NCBI GenBank assembly: GCA_030390025.1
Contig: CM059433.1
Location: forward strand, 30,692,001 to 30,756,000
Reading direction: 5' to 3'
Length of the DNA: 64,000 nucleotides
From: Squalus acanthias
Lineage: Eukaryota
This document shows positions 10,503 through 24,040 of the stretch, piece by piece (position 1 is the first letter of the stretch; each line of letters starts with the position of its first letter). The position numbers and the translations under genes are program-made. Under the pieces are notes generated by a model. It did not search any database and had not been told where the DNA came from. It saw only the letters and a program-made list of their open reading frames with translations.

Positions 10503-13500
10503 GACTTAACCCTTATATTACTTATTAATTTTCTAGTTTTAGTTTATTTATTGACTTTTGTTTTCCCGAAGCTTACTTAGACCAATGTATACTGTACTCC
10601 TCTTATTCCTTTTTAAACTAACCAAATCGCACTAGTTTTAGTTGTACTTTCTAGGAAGGTTTGAGGAAAGTACTTACCAGTTAGTCTTACCTCCCTGGTC
10701 TTTCGCTGACTTCCCGGCAAAGTGATGGAAGGTGTCATCGACAGTGCTATCAAGCGGCACTTAGTCACCAATACCCTGCTCACTGATGCCCAGTTTGGGT
10801 TCCGCCAAGACCACTCAGCTCCTTCCCTCATTACAGCCTTGGTCCAAACATGGACAAAGGAGCTGAATTCCGGAGGTGAGGTGAGAGTGACTGCCCTTGA
10901 CATCAAGGCAGTATTTGACCAAGTATGGCATCAAGGAGCCCTAGTAAAACTGAAGTCAATGGGAATCAGGGGGCAATCGCTCCACTGGCTGGAACCATAC
11001 CTAGCACAAAGGAAGATGGTTGTGGTGGTTGAAGGTCAATCATCACAGCCCCAGGACATGGCTGCAGGAGTTCCTCAGGGCAGTGTCCTAGGCCCAACCA
11101 TATTCAGCTGCTTCATCAATGACCTTCCCACCAATATAAGGTCAGAAATGGGGATGTTCGCTGATGACTGCACAGTGTTCAGCACCATTCACAACTCCTC
11201 AGATAATGAAGCAGTCCATGCCCGCATGCAACAAGACCTGGACGATGTTCAGGCTTGGGCTGTTAAGTGGCAGGTAACATTCGTGCCACAGAAGTGCCAG
11301 GCAATGACTATCTCCAACAAGCGATAGTCTAACCACCACCCCTTGACATTCAATGGCATTACTATCGCCGAATCCCCCACCATCAAAATCCTGGGGGTCA
11401 CCTTTGACCAGAAACTTAACTGGATAAGCCACATAAATACTGTGGCAACAAGAGCAGGTCAGAGGCTAGGTATTCTGCAGCGAGTGTCTCACCTCCTGAC
11501 TCCCCAAAGCCTTTCCATCATCTACAAGGCACAAGTAAGGAGTGTGATGGAATACTCTCCACTTGCCTGGATGAGTGCAGCTCCAACAACACTCAAGAAG
11601 CTCGACACCATCCAGGACAAAGCAGCCCGTTTGATTAGCACCCATCCACCACCTTAAACATTCACTCCCTCCACCACCGGCGTACCGTGGCTGCAGTGTG
11701 TACCATCTACAAGATGCACTGCAGCAACTCGCCAAGGCTTCTTCAGGAGCACCTCCCAAACTCGCGATCTCTTCCACCTAGAAGGACAAGGGCAGCAGGC
11801 GCATGGGAACACCACCACCTCCAAGTTCCCCTCCAAGTCACACGCCATCCTGACTTAGAAGTATATCGCCGATCCTTCATTGTCGCTGGGTCAAAATCCT
11901 GGAACTCCCTCCCTAACAGCACTGGGGGAGTACCATCACCACACGGACTGCAGCAGTTCAAGAAGGTGGCTCACCACCACCTTCTCAAGGGCAATTAGGG
12001 ATGGGCAATAAATGCTGGCCTTGCCAGCGATGCCCAGATCCCATAAGCGAATTTAAAAAAAAATCTGGAGCTGAATGGTTTTAGCTGAACCCAAACCAAC
12101 AGTTGGTAAGTAGGTTATTGGCAAGTTGGTGTCACTTGAGTACACTACCGATACCATCACTTTGCTGATGATTGGGACGAGGTTAATAGTGCAGTAATTG
12201 GCTAGGTTAGATTGCAAAGATATTAAAACAGACAATACAAATGTGTTCAAGAGACAATTAGATGCACTGGTGGAGAAGATAGGAATTGAGAGACATATTT
12301 GAAAGACAGGTAGGTGTGCTGATCTGTGTAAAACAAAAGGCTTGTTGGGTATTAAAGGCCTTTTCCTATTTCTTGTTTGCTTTCTCTCAAATTGGAACAT
12401 GTTACTGAAGACAACCTCCTAAATTCTCTCCCAATTGCAACTAAGTTCTTGATAATGAGGTTGAACATCACAAAAGGCCTGTGTTCTCATAACTACTACA
12501 AGGAATTTTGTACTTTACAGGCAAATGACCCATTCACAGACACCAGAAGGAAAGCAAGGGAATATGAAGAGAGGAAAGAAGGTTGAGGGGGACCTGATTG
12601 AGGTGTACAAAATTATGAGGGGCATAGATAGGGTAGATAGAAAGGAACTTTTCCCCTTAGCAGAGGGGTCACTAACCAGGGGGAATAGTTTCAAGGTAAG
12701 GGGCAGGATGTTTAGAGGGGATTTGAGGGAAAACTTTTTCACCCAGAGGGTGGTTGGAATCTGAAACTCACTGCCTGAAAGGGTGGTAGAGGCAGGAACC
12801 CTCACAACATTCAAGAAGCATTTAGATGAGCACTTGAAACACCATAGCATACAAGGCTACGGACCAAGTGCTGGAAAATGGGATTAGAATAGATAGGGCT
12901 TGATGGCCGGCGCGGACACGATGGGCCGAAGGGCCTCTTTCTGTGCTGTATAACTCTATGACTCTATAAGGTATGTACGGCTTTTCTTCCCATAGAATGT
13001 GAACAGGCTGCTGGAATTTTAAAACTGGGGCATCACCAGGGTGTGTAGAATACAAAAGGCTGTATTTTCATCACTCCACCACTGGTCACCATGCCTTAAG
13101 CTGCCTAAGCCCCAAGCTTTGGAATTCCTTCCCTAAACCTCTCCGCATCTCTACCTCTCCCTCCTCCTTTAAGTCGCTCCTTCAAACCTACCTCTTTGAC
13201 CAAGTTTTTGGTCACCTTTGGTGACCAGCGCTTATGCCCTACTCCTGTTTCTAATTCTCATGTTCTATCCTAATATCTCCTTATGTGGCTCAGTGCCAAT
13301 TTTTGTCTAACATTAAGAACATAAGAAGATAAGAAATAGAAGCAGGAGTAGGCCATACAGCCCCTCGAGCCTGCACTGCCATTCAATAAGATCAGGGCTG
13401 ATCTTCTACGTCAACTCCACTTTCCCGCCCTATCCCCATATCCCTTGATTTTCTTAGTGCCCAAAAATAATGCTCCTGTGAAGCACCTTGGGATGTTTTA

Positions 13501-15177
13501 CTACGTTAAAGGCACTGTATAAATGCAAGTTGTTGTTGCATATCCTCAATCGGGATCTCACCGGCCATCACCACAAGCAGCAATTTTCAATACATGGGGC
13601 CTATCGTGGAAACAGCACTTGTGGGTTTAACATAGATTTTACATAGAATTAACAGCACAGAAACAGGCCATTCAGCCCAACTGGTCTATGCCGGTGTTTA
13701 TGCTCCACACGAGCCTCCTCCCACTCTACTTCATCTAATCCTATCAGCATAGCCTTCTATTCCTTTCTCCCTCATGTGTTTACCTAGCTTCCCTTAAATG
13801 TATCTATGCTATTCGCCTGAGGTACATCAGCCTCAACCAAGCAGAAACAATTCACTTCTTTACTTGTGTTTTTTTTAAGCAAACTGTCACAACAGTATCA
13901 TTGCTTTCAAACTTGTCTTGATGTTTTCACTATTTCGTCACAAAAAAAATAACTTACAAAAAGAAATCCAGTTTTGTACCAAACCAATTGGAAATTATGT
14001 AAATTCCACGTAATCAACACCACAACCAGTGCCACCGACGCCAGCACTCGCTGCCTCTCCCTCTTGCCACCATATATGCCCATACCTCTATTCAAAGTGG
14101 GCAATGCAGGGTACCAGCCATCTCAACTTAAACCGCTCATACTAATGTGTGTATAGATCACACTGCTTTATGATGCTGTGAATTTGCGCTTTGATAAAGA
14201 TAGCACAGGGTACTGCAAATTTCAATATTTTCAGTGGAATAATGATGGTTATGAAACGTAATCAGGAAGGAAAAAAAGTGAGCATATGTTGCCCAGCAAA
14301 GTTTAACCAAAAATATTGGCAATGCAAGAGGACTTTTCTTTTAAACTAAAAGGATGGCAAGTTTGTGGAACAGATTGCTGGTATGGGTGTTGGAACAAGA
14401 AACCTTAATGGGCTTCAAGAAGGAACTCGGCTGTTCCTTACCTAGAAATAGGATTCGGGGTTATTTAGAAATACACCAAGGGAATACCATGGATAGGTGG
14501 GCCAGATGGACCGAAGGTTTTCTTCTGCCTGAAAGTGTTACTTTGTAGACATGTGCAAAGTAGTGAGGAAGGCCAGCAGAAAGTGCAAATTGAACCAAAA
14601 ATACCTTTGCTGTTCCTTTTGTATCTCACTCTAATCATAAGAGGGCAACAAGGCAACTAACTGAAACAAAAACGTCTGGTTAAAAATAAAACTCTTCCAG
14701 AATTGCTTGTGAAGAGGGATACGCATGACAGGCGAGTGTTGAGCTCTCTCTCAGACCTCCCATTTGTTGTAGAAATGGGCAAGGTTTGAAGGTCCAACGC
14801 AGCACTGACGTAACCATTGTCAGATTTAGGGAATGCAGTGAATGAAGGGGCTGCCAGACCCAAAAAGGGAATTGGATAAATACTTGAAGGGAAAAAATAG
14901 GCACCATTATTATTGCACCAGCTTTCCTATGAGAAGCACTTCCTGGTCAAACTAGTGCATCCTTCCCAGATTACAAACTGCTACTTCCTTCCAGCCACCA
15001 GAGGGCAATACCCAACATCCGGTTTTACTTATCAACACATTACTCCTCTTATTCCCCTTAAATAGCACACCCACTATTATTTTCATTATCACCAAGCTTA
15101 TAAATTCTGTCTTCGTATGGACTTTTGGTCCCGCAATGGATAACAACTTCCAGGCTTGTGTGCTTCAGAATTTTTAC

Positions 15178-15436
15178 CTGCCAGTGACAAAACACCTTGG
15201 GCAATAAATCGAGGCGTTATGACACTGGCAACTTCTGCTGAATTGCCAGTTCCTGCACTGGATGTTGCTTGAGGAAATGTCTCTTTATTGGTTCAGTGGA
15301 AATATCCTGGACTTCTTCTGCCATCTTCACATTGTCTTGACTGGTCGGGAACCCTCTGCCTTCTATTGAGTGTGTGACCACTTCTTTTTGATAAAGAGCA
15401 AATGATCCATGTGTGTATGCTGACTTTTCTCCCTAC
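15178..15436 (-). other. Exon-like relic with stops in all three frames
   Basis: Acceptor tttttggttcag| and donor GCAG|gtaaaa; 259 nt. The terminal frame reads ETFPQATSSAGTGNSAEVASVITPRFIAQGVLSLA, but each frame has a stop somewhere in the segment. Confidence 0.35.
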
Positions 15437-17084
15437 CTGAACCAAAAAGTATTGTTACGTATCAATAGAAAGTTTGCCACCTGACTCAATGTTTTGCTGG
15501 TTGGTCAAGCGAATGTGTTACTGCATGAGGTAGATATCGGGCAAGTTGCTCAGTTAGGCACTTTAGTACACCTTACTCGACAGCAAGTGTCAGCCAACCG
15601 TAATAGGCTGCAATTTACATGGCTGTCATCTGCAATACTTTACATTTTGGGAACCCTGGCCCCCAGGAACTATTCAGTGGCCCATCAACAGATGCCCCTT
15701 TGCCACAGGAAAAGGGATGACAATATTACACCTTAGAAACAAAGCCTGTGTTACTTGCTTGGTGCATCCATCAACAGTCAACTGAACAATTTCCCACATG
15801 CAAGTGGCAGTGTCTTGGAAGGATGCAGTGGTGTAAATATCTAACGCACACTCACGGGAAAAGTCATCCAGTGGTACAAGGTGTCTGCTAGTTGGACCTC
15901 CAGTTGTCAGCCGTGGCTCAGTGGGTAGCACTCTCGCCTCCCACTCCAGAGACTTGAGCACTAGATCTAGGCTGACACTTCAGTGCAGTAGTGAGGGAGT
16001 GCTGCACTGTTGTCTTTCGGATGAATCGTTACACCGAGTCCCCATCTGCCCTCTCAGGTGGATGTAAAAGATCCCGCGGCACTATTTCGAAGAGAAGGGG
16101 AGATCACCCCAGTGTTCTCGCCAATATTTATCCCTCAACCAACATCACTAAAACACATAGGGGGTAAAACTGGGTGCCTTTGCGCCTCCCGTTAGCACCC
16201 CTGGGGGCGCTAATGGAGCACAAATGTCTTTGCGACCGGGTGTGGCGCTGACATCGAGTTTTGCGGCGGTGCAACGGAGTTGCGCCCAATCTCCTTCGCC
16301 CGGAGATCTTTATGTCATCGCCATGCTCATCGCCCCGGACCCGAAATTGACTTCTGCCCCATGCAGCAGCGCCGGTCGAAAACACCGACAGCTGCAAGAG
16401 ACGTGCATCAGGCGTCGGCCGCTTCAGGGCTATGATTAAAGGTGAGGTGGCCGAGGTAAGTGGAAAAAAACTGTACCTTTCCTGTTCTAGGTTTGTTCGC
16501 GGGTTCCTGCCCGCGATCCATCAGCCTGGCACTCTGCTTGAGTGCTGGGCTGATCGCGCGGGATCGCGGCTGCCTTGGCGGTCCAGGTAGGTACTTTTTA
16601 AATTGCAGAGCCTGCAGCGATGGCTCTTCCCTTTAAGGGAGGGAAGGAGCCTTTGAACGCGGCAGTGCTGCACGGCCCAGTGTGCAGCGCTGCTGAAGTC
16701 TCCGCCCCGCTCTCTGACGTTAGCGTCCTAAGAAGGAAGTGGAGCGCTTAATTTAGCGCTCCACTTCCCTCTTGGGGCGCTAAAACTCAATTTTGTGGTC
16801 GCCGGTGCTAAGTAGTGCCCAGGCAATGTTAGCACCGCAAAATGGTCGATACCGAATTTTTCCCCCATTATCTGGTCATTACCTCATTGTTGTTTGTGGG
16901 AGCTTACTGTGCTCAAATTGGCTGCCATGTTTCTTGCATTACAATATTGATTGCACTTCAAAAGTACTTCATTGGCTGCAAAGCACTTTGGGATGCCCTG
17001 GGATCATGAAGGGTACTACATAAGTGCTATGATATTTCTTTAAACTATGTGGCAGCCTCCTTGAAATATTGTGCATGTCACTCC

Positions 17085-18510
17085 GCTATTTAAGAATGGT
17101 GAGAGAGGGAAAACCATCGAATTATATACCTGTTAGCCTAACATCTGTTGTTGGGAAATTGCTAGAGTCTATAATTAAGGACAGGGTGACTGAACACCTC
17201 GAGAATTCTCAGCTGATCAGAGAGAGCCAGCATGGATTTGTGAAAGGTAGGTCATGCCTGACAAACCTGACTGAATTTTTTGAAGGGGTGACTAAAGTAG
17301 TGGACAGGGGAATGTCAATGGATGTTATTTATATGGACTTCCAGAAGACATTTCATAAAGTCCCGCATAAGAGACTGTTAACTAAGGTTGAAGCCCATGG
17401 AGTTGAAGGAAAATTATTGACCTGGTTAAGAAATTGGCTGAGCGGCAGGAGACAGGCAGTAGGGATAATGGGTAGGTACTCTATTTGGCAGGATGTGACT
17501 AGTGGTGTCCTGCAGGGATCTGTGTTGAGGCCTCAACTATTCACAGTATTTATTAGCGACTTAGAGGATGGCATAGAAAGCCACATATCCAAATTTGCCG
17601 ATGACACAAAGATAGGTGACATTGTAGGCAATGTAGATGAAAGCATAAAATTACAAAAGGATATCGACAGATTAAGTGAATGGGCATAACTGTGGCAAAT
17701 GGATTTCAACGTAGGCAAATGTGAGGTCATCCACTTTGGACCTAAAAAGGATAGAGCAGGGTGCTTTCTAAATGGTGAAAGGCTAAAAACAGTGGAAGTC
17801 CAAAGAGACTTGGGGGACCAGGTACATAGATCATTAAAATGTCATGAACAGGTACAGAAAATAATCAAAAAGGCTAATGGAATGCTAGCCTTTATATCTA
17901 GAGGACCAGAATATAAGGGAGTAGAAGTTATGCTGCAGTTTACAAAGCCCTGGTTAGACCACACCTGGAGTACTGTGAACAGTTCTGGGCACCACACCTT
18001 AGGAAGGATATATTGGCCTAGGAGGGAGTGCAGCGTAGGTTTACCAGAATGATACCCGGACTCAAGGGTGAAATTACGAGGAGAGATTACACAAATTAGG
18101 GTTGTATTCCCTAGAATTTAGAAGTTTAAGGGGCGATTTGATCGAAATTTTCAAGATATTAAAGGGAACAGATAGGATAGATAGAGAGAAACTATTTCCG
18201 CTGGTTGGAGATTCTCGGACTAGGGGGCATAGTCTTAAAATTAGAGCCAAACCTTTCAGGAGTGAAATTCAGAAATACTTCTACACACAAGCGGTGGTAG
18301 AAGTTTGGAACTCTCTTCCGCAAATGGCAATTGATGCTGGATTAATTGTTAATTTTAAATCTGAGATTGATAGCTTTCTGTTAACCAAAGGTATTACGGG
18401 ATATGGGCCAAAGGCGGGTATATGGAGTTAGATCGCAGATCACCCATGATCTCATTGAATGGCGGAGCAGGCTCGAGCGGCTGAATGGCCTTCTCCTGTT
18501 CCTATGTTCC
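17085..18510 (+). mobile_element. 5'-truncated degenerate CR1 (RT to 3' end)
   Basis: ORF pieces with QHGFVKGRSCLTNL and KFADDTK; stops and frameshifts; CR1 tail. Confidence 0.92.
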
Positions 18511-18781
18511 TTAGTGAAGTAACGATGGATCTTATCAAATGTGCTCAGGTAGGACTATCTGGATAGCTAAAAACAGGTCCAGGGATAATGTTGGACACTT
18601 GGGAAAGGCTTGCACCTGCCTTTCTTGCCCCCTACAGAAATGCGAGCAGTGCCTTTGCAAATGGCAAAGGACTTCTCACCTGCCCACAAAATAGTGTTAA
18701 GATGGTTATTGGGAACACAACATGAGATTCAGGCCCCCAAAACAGCAGCACGGATTAAAACAAAAATGCAGCCGGAACATT

Positions 18782-19415
18782 GGCCCGTAACTTCCGATAG
18801 GAGGCTTCCTGTGTGCGGATGCCTCCTATCGGGAAAAAATCTACGCCCTTACCCGAGGGCTCCCGATGTCTGGACTGTTCCGCTCCTGGGCCTCTCCTGG
18901 TGCACGTGCGCAGAGGCCCAGGTATCCCAGGGGCGCAGGCAGTTCACAAGCGTCCCTGGGATCACGTGGGCCAGGTGAGCCAATGGGAGAAGGGAATCCC
19001 CCTTCATACTTTTGACAGGTAGACCTGTCAAAAGTATGAATGGAGATCACTGAAAAAAGACACTACAACATTAAATAAATTTTTTTTAAAATCACGCTTT
19101 TAAAATGAGTTAAAATTACATTAATTAAATATTTAAACAAAAATTTAATTTTTTGAAAAAAATAATTAAAGTTTTTTTACAGGGCTTTTACCAGGTGTAA
19201 GATTTTTAAGGGATTTCAGCAGGCGGAGGTTCTGCAGAAAGCGGAACTCTCCACCCGCAGAGGCCCTTCTTCAGGGCAGGCGTCTGGTCTGTCAAGAGAT
19301 CGGAAGTGCCAGTTTTCAGCGCATGCGCTTGGCATGCCTGAAACCGGCACTTGTGAGGTCCCTACGGGTGTGTAGGCACCTCGTACACACCCGTAGGCAT
19401 CGGAAGTTACCGGCC
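18782..19415. mobile_element. MITE, probably Harbinger-type
   Basis: 17-bp TIR ggcccgtaacttccgat / atcggaagttaccggcc with one mismatch. Confidence 0.72.
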
Positions 19416-22400
19416 AATGAAATCGGCAAAGAAAAACTTAACCTCCCAATTTAAAAATTGATGCTCAGCTTTGAAAAGCCTACTCCCGCAGGCCTGACCC
19501 ATCCACACGCTGTAACATCAAATGGGGGAACAATGCTGTTGGTGAGGAAGTGACTGAAAAGCTGCAAGAGCCAGGGACGAACTATTGAAATAATCTTTGG
19601 AGCCTATCAACGAGGAATCCACCGTTCAGTACGCCCTCAATGGCGCCAGCATCTTTCCCCTGGCTTGGCGTATATTAGCTTCCACGCCTGATTTCCTGAC
19701 CTGCACTCTCCATTACTAGGGCTTCACACCACCTGGTTAGACCCCATCTGGAATACTGCATTCAGTTCTGGGCACCGCACCTCAGGAAGGATATATTGGC
19801 CTTGAAGAGGGTGCAGTGCAGATTCACTAGAATGATACCGGGGCTAAAAGGGTTAAATTATGAGGTCAGGTCGTATAGTCTAGGCTTGTATTCCCTTGAG
19901 TATAGAAGATTAGGGCTGATCTAATTGAGGTGTTTAAGATGATTAAACAAATTGATAGGTTAGATAGAGAGAAACTATTTGCCAGAAGTGGCACAATCTT
20001 AAAATTAGAGCTAGGCCATTCAGGGATGATGTCAGGAAGCACTTCTTCACACAAAGGGTAGTGGAAACCTGGAACTCTCTCCCCCAAAAAGCTGTTGAGG
20101 CTAGGGGGTCAATTGAAAATTTAAAAACTGGGATTGATAGATTTTTGTTGGGTAAGGGTGTTAATGGTTACGGAACCAAGGCAGGTAGATGGAGTTAAGA
20201 TACAGATCAGCCATGATCTCATCGAATGGTGGAATAGGCCAAAGGGGCTGAATGGCCTCCTCCTGTTCGTATGTTTCTCCTAAATCCGGCCTTTGTGTGT
20301 TAGTTTGTTTCTACTGTGCGTGACATCTCACATCGTTAGATTTTCACCAATTAAATTACCTTCTCCGAAAAATCTTAATGAAGATTGCATCTGCGGATGC
20401 CTCTGTACCAACTTCCTCTTTGGAGCAGCAATTTATTTTCTTTCGACTAGCAGTCAGTGAACTTGGGATTTCCTGACAGTTCGTGCGTGTTGATATTTGA
20501 CATTTCCATAGCTAGGTCAATTTCGCAAGCAAAAATCAAATGTCTTTCTGACAGGGAGCTTCTTCCTGAGTGGACTCAGCCCTCAAATAACAAAATTCTA
20601 CAGCATCATTTAGGAAAATGCCAAACTCGCAATAAGCAGTCGGCTCTTTTAAAGCAATAACATGGGGCCTATTTTCCCGCTCCTTCTCCGCCTAGGCCCA
20701 AGTCAGGCAAAAGTGCTCGCCTAAGCAGGCTCTGTCTGACAAGGAAAGCACGGCCTCGATTATTTGATCTATGCATCTACTAACAGCCTGAACAAGGACC
20801 TGAGCCATCCTGGGTTTCTCGGCTCGGACCATTTCTTTAGAACCACCATTCCACTTGCACGAACGGCTGCCGAGTTTGGGGCCTTCTGGCTGTTGACCAA
20901 AAACAGCAGCGAGGTCTCAATCCTAACTCTGTTTCAGCTGAAAAATAAGCAACTTAGCTTCTGGCTCTCTTACAAAGCTTGCACGTTGGATCAGAACATT
21001 TGAGTAGACTGGGTGCAAGGAGTGAGGCCCACTCTCAGTGGTCACCTGTAATTGGGGTTGCAGGTGTTGCGGTGTCTCTTCTGCCTCATTTTCATGCTCG
21101 CACCTGCTCCAGTGGGTGGAGAACCAGTGTCACTATTTCCTGTCCTTTTCCCTCCGCTTTGCTCCTGGATGGCAAACATTCCCTGGATGCAAAGCAGAGG
21201 AAAATCAGCCCATTCAAGTGGGAACAGTCTCCCCTTCATTTTGATTATGCTTGAAATCTGAATCATTCCACAATCACAAGGGGTTCAGGTCTAAAAACAC
21301 TATCCCCCTTTCCCTCATCGACACCATTTGAAACTATTCAGTGTTCTTTCATTCTAAATTCAAAATCTTCTTTACCTGCATTATGCTGAACCCAAAGTGT
21401 GACATTTTACTTGAAGCCCAATTGTCTGAATACAATAGATTCCACATCATTCTTTTTTTTCTCCCATCCTCATCACCATTCACGTCCGTGATTCTTACAT
21501 GGACTACTTCAACCTTAGCTCTGAACAGCAAAACATTGCACAAACTTTTCTATCAACGATCCACTCCATACTGCTTCCAGGTCTAACTAGCAATTCCTTT
21601 GCAGATTACAAACTGCTATTTACCTCCAGCCACCAGATGGCAGTAACTCCAACCCAGTTATACCTTTCAATAGGATTAGAGGAGGCAGAGTAACAAAAGC
21701 AGATTTTTTAAAACATTTATTTTGATTTGTGCCTTGCCTCTAATCTCTGGCTGGCTGCATTGATAAATCATAAGGTAAATATAGATAAAAAGGCCATCCA
21801 GCCTACCCTAGCTCATCTATACATAAAGAACCTACAATCCCCTCATCACAGCATCCAGCTAGCACTAAGGTTTTGCAGCCACTTCCATACCCAGAAGCCC
21901 ATTCCAAGTGTTGTTCACCTTTAGTGTGATGAAGAACTTCCTGATTTGTCTTTTGTCAGTTTGAACCTTTGACCTTGTTATATTGTCACTAAGTGACTAA
22001 GGTAACATCAGGGGAAAAATAGAAAAAAGTTAAAGCTAAAGGCACGATATCTGAATGCGTGAAGCATTCGCAACAAATTAGATAACTTAATAGCACAGAT
22101 AGAAATAAATGGGTTTGATCTAATAGCCATTACAGAGATGTGGTTGCAGAGTGACCAAGGTTGGAAACTAAATATTCCAGGATACTTTACTTTCAGAAGA
22201 GATAGGCAAAATTGAAAAGGAAGAGGGTTAGCCCTAATAATAAATGATGGAATAAAGACAGTAGAGAGAAAGGATCTTAGCTGGGGGAATCAAGAAGTAG
22301 AATCACTTTGGATGGAACTAAGAAACAACAAGGGGCAGAAAACACTGGTAGGAGTAATTTATAGGCCCCCTAACATTAGTTGTAGTGTCGGGCACAGTAT

Positions 22401-22785
22401 AAATCAGGAAATTAGAGGTGCATGTAACAAGGGTAACACAGTAATCATGGGGAACTTTAATTTTCATATTGATTGGGCAAACCAAATTTGCAGTAATAGT
22501 GCGGAGGACTGCGTTCATGGAATGTATTCAAGATAGTTTTCTAGATCAGTATGTCGAGGAACCAACTAGGGAACATTGTGCAATGAGACAGGGTTATTAA
22601 TTAATAATCTTGTCATAAAGGAGATTCTGGGGAAGAGTGATCATAATATGATAGAATTTTATATTCATTTTGAGAGTGATTTAGTTAAGTCTGAAACTAG
22701 GGTTGTAAATCTGAAAAAAAAAACTATGTAGATATGAGGGGCGAGTTGGATAGAGTAGAATGTGAAACTAGATTAAAAGATATGA

Positions 22786-23018
22786 CAGAAAATGCTGGAA
22801 ATACTCAGCAGGTCAGGCAGCATCTGTGGAGAGAGAAACAGAGTTAACGTTTCAGGTTGATGACCCTTCGCCAGTTCTGATGAAGGGTCATCGACCTGAA
22901 ACATTAACTCTGTTTCTCTGTCCACAGATGCTGCCTGACCTGCTGAGTATTTCCAGCATTTTCTGTTTTTATTTCAGATTTCCAGCATCCGCAGTATTTT
23001 GCTTTTGTATTTTTTTTA
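22786..23018. mobile_element. Penelope-like inverted terminal-repeat remnant
   Basis: About 84-bp inverted arms (22786-22869 and 22882-22965); TSD aaaagatatga (22775-22785 and 23019-23029); hammerhead core at 22877-22902 with mutated stem III. Confidence 0.78.
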
Positions 23019-23473
23019 AAAAGATATGATGGTAGATAAGCAATGGCAAACATTTAAAGGAATAATTCATAATTTGCAACGAATATACATTCCATTAAGG
23101 AATAAAAACCCACGGGGAAAATGGTCCAACCGTGGCTAACAAGAGAAGTTAAAGATAGTATTAGATTAAAGGAAGAGGCTTATAATGTTGCCAAAAAGAG
23201 CAGTAATCCCGAGGATTGGGAAGATTTTAGAATTCAGCAAAGGATGACCAAGAAATTGATAAAGAGGGAGAGAATAGAATATGAGAGTAAACTAGCGAGA
23301 GACATAAAAACATTGTAAAAACTTCTTTAGGTATGTAAAAAGGAAGAGATTAGCAAAAGTAAACGTGGGTCCCTTACCATCAGAGACAGGAGAAATTATA
23401 ATGGAGAATAAGGAAATGGCAATACTTTGTATCTGTCTTCACAGAAGAAGACACAATAAACATTTTGGAAATA

Positions 23474-24040
23474 CAGGAAACTCTTGTTTAACCGGCACCT
23501 AAATATCCGGAATTCTCTCTTAACCGGCAAAAATCATACTCCGAAAACTCCTCTCAAATAACCGGCAATGTTGCCGAGTCCGAGTCCGAGTCTCCCCCGA
23601 ACGCCGAGTACTCCGAAAACTCCTCTCAAATAACCGGCAATGTTGCCGAGTCTGAGTCCAAGTCTCCCGCGAACGCCGAGTTAGTCAGTGGGGGTAGTTC
23701 TCCAAAGTGCCACTACTCGGCCTCCTGGCGCTGTCGGAAGTCCGAACACTGCAGTAACAGGAGTCTGATTCTCCCGCGCTGCCGGGAGTCTCACTTACTG
23801 TTAAGTCATTAAAGAGTTATGGATTACCCTCAACTGGCAGTACTGTACTTAATCAAGCATCTTCCACCATCCATTTAACACAACATTCTGTAGGTGAGTA
23901 CCCAAATACTGTATACTGCACATTTCTTGATTTTTTTAGTTAAAAATAGCCTCAGTAGATATAACTCTCCATTATCCGGAACTTTTGATCAACCGGCACC
24001 ACGCCGGTCCCGTCGGTGCCGGATACCAAAGAGTTTCCTG
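23474..24040. mobile_element. Tc1/mariner (pogo/Tigger-like) MITE
   Basis: TIR CAGGAAACTCT...AGAGTTTCCTG with TA TSD; internal tandem duplication. Confidence 0.82.

Larger units (their letters stand above)
6513..10714 (-). mobile_element. Full-length CR1 LINE with intact ORF1 and ORF2
   Basis: 5'UTR, ORF1, ORF2, CR1 3'UTR hairpin and (ATCTATGT)n tail at about 6513-6535. Inserted into another LINE with no visible TSD. Confidence 0.96.
5826..12062 (+). mobile_element. 5'-truncated degenerate LINE (CR1/L2-group RT), split into 5826-6512 and 10715-12062 by the full-length CR1
   Basis: NYRPISLLSII (to 6512) continues as GKVMEGVIDSAIK (from 10715). Motifs [10 protein letters not shown] and MFADD; stops and frameshifts; A-rich tail. 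Minus-strand 3' fragments of the same family at about 28855-29190 and 63010-63260. Confidence 0.9.

Noticed and set aside
15905..15960. tRNA genes at SINE heads (also near 36680, 47360 and 62860)
   Set aside because: A/B-box-like heads continue into SINE bodies; no complete cloverleaf.
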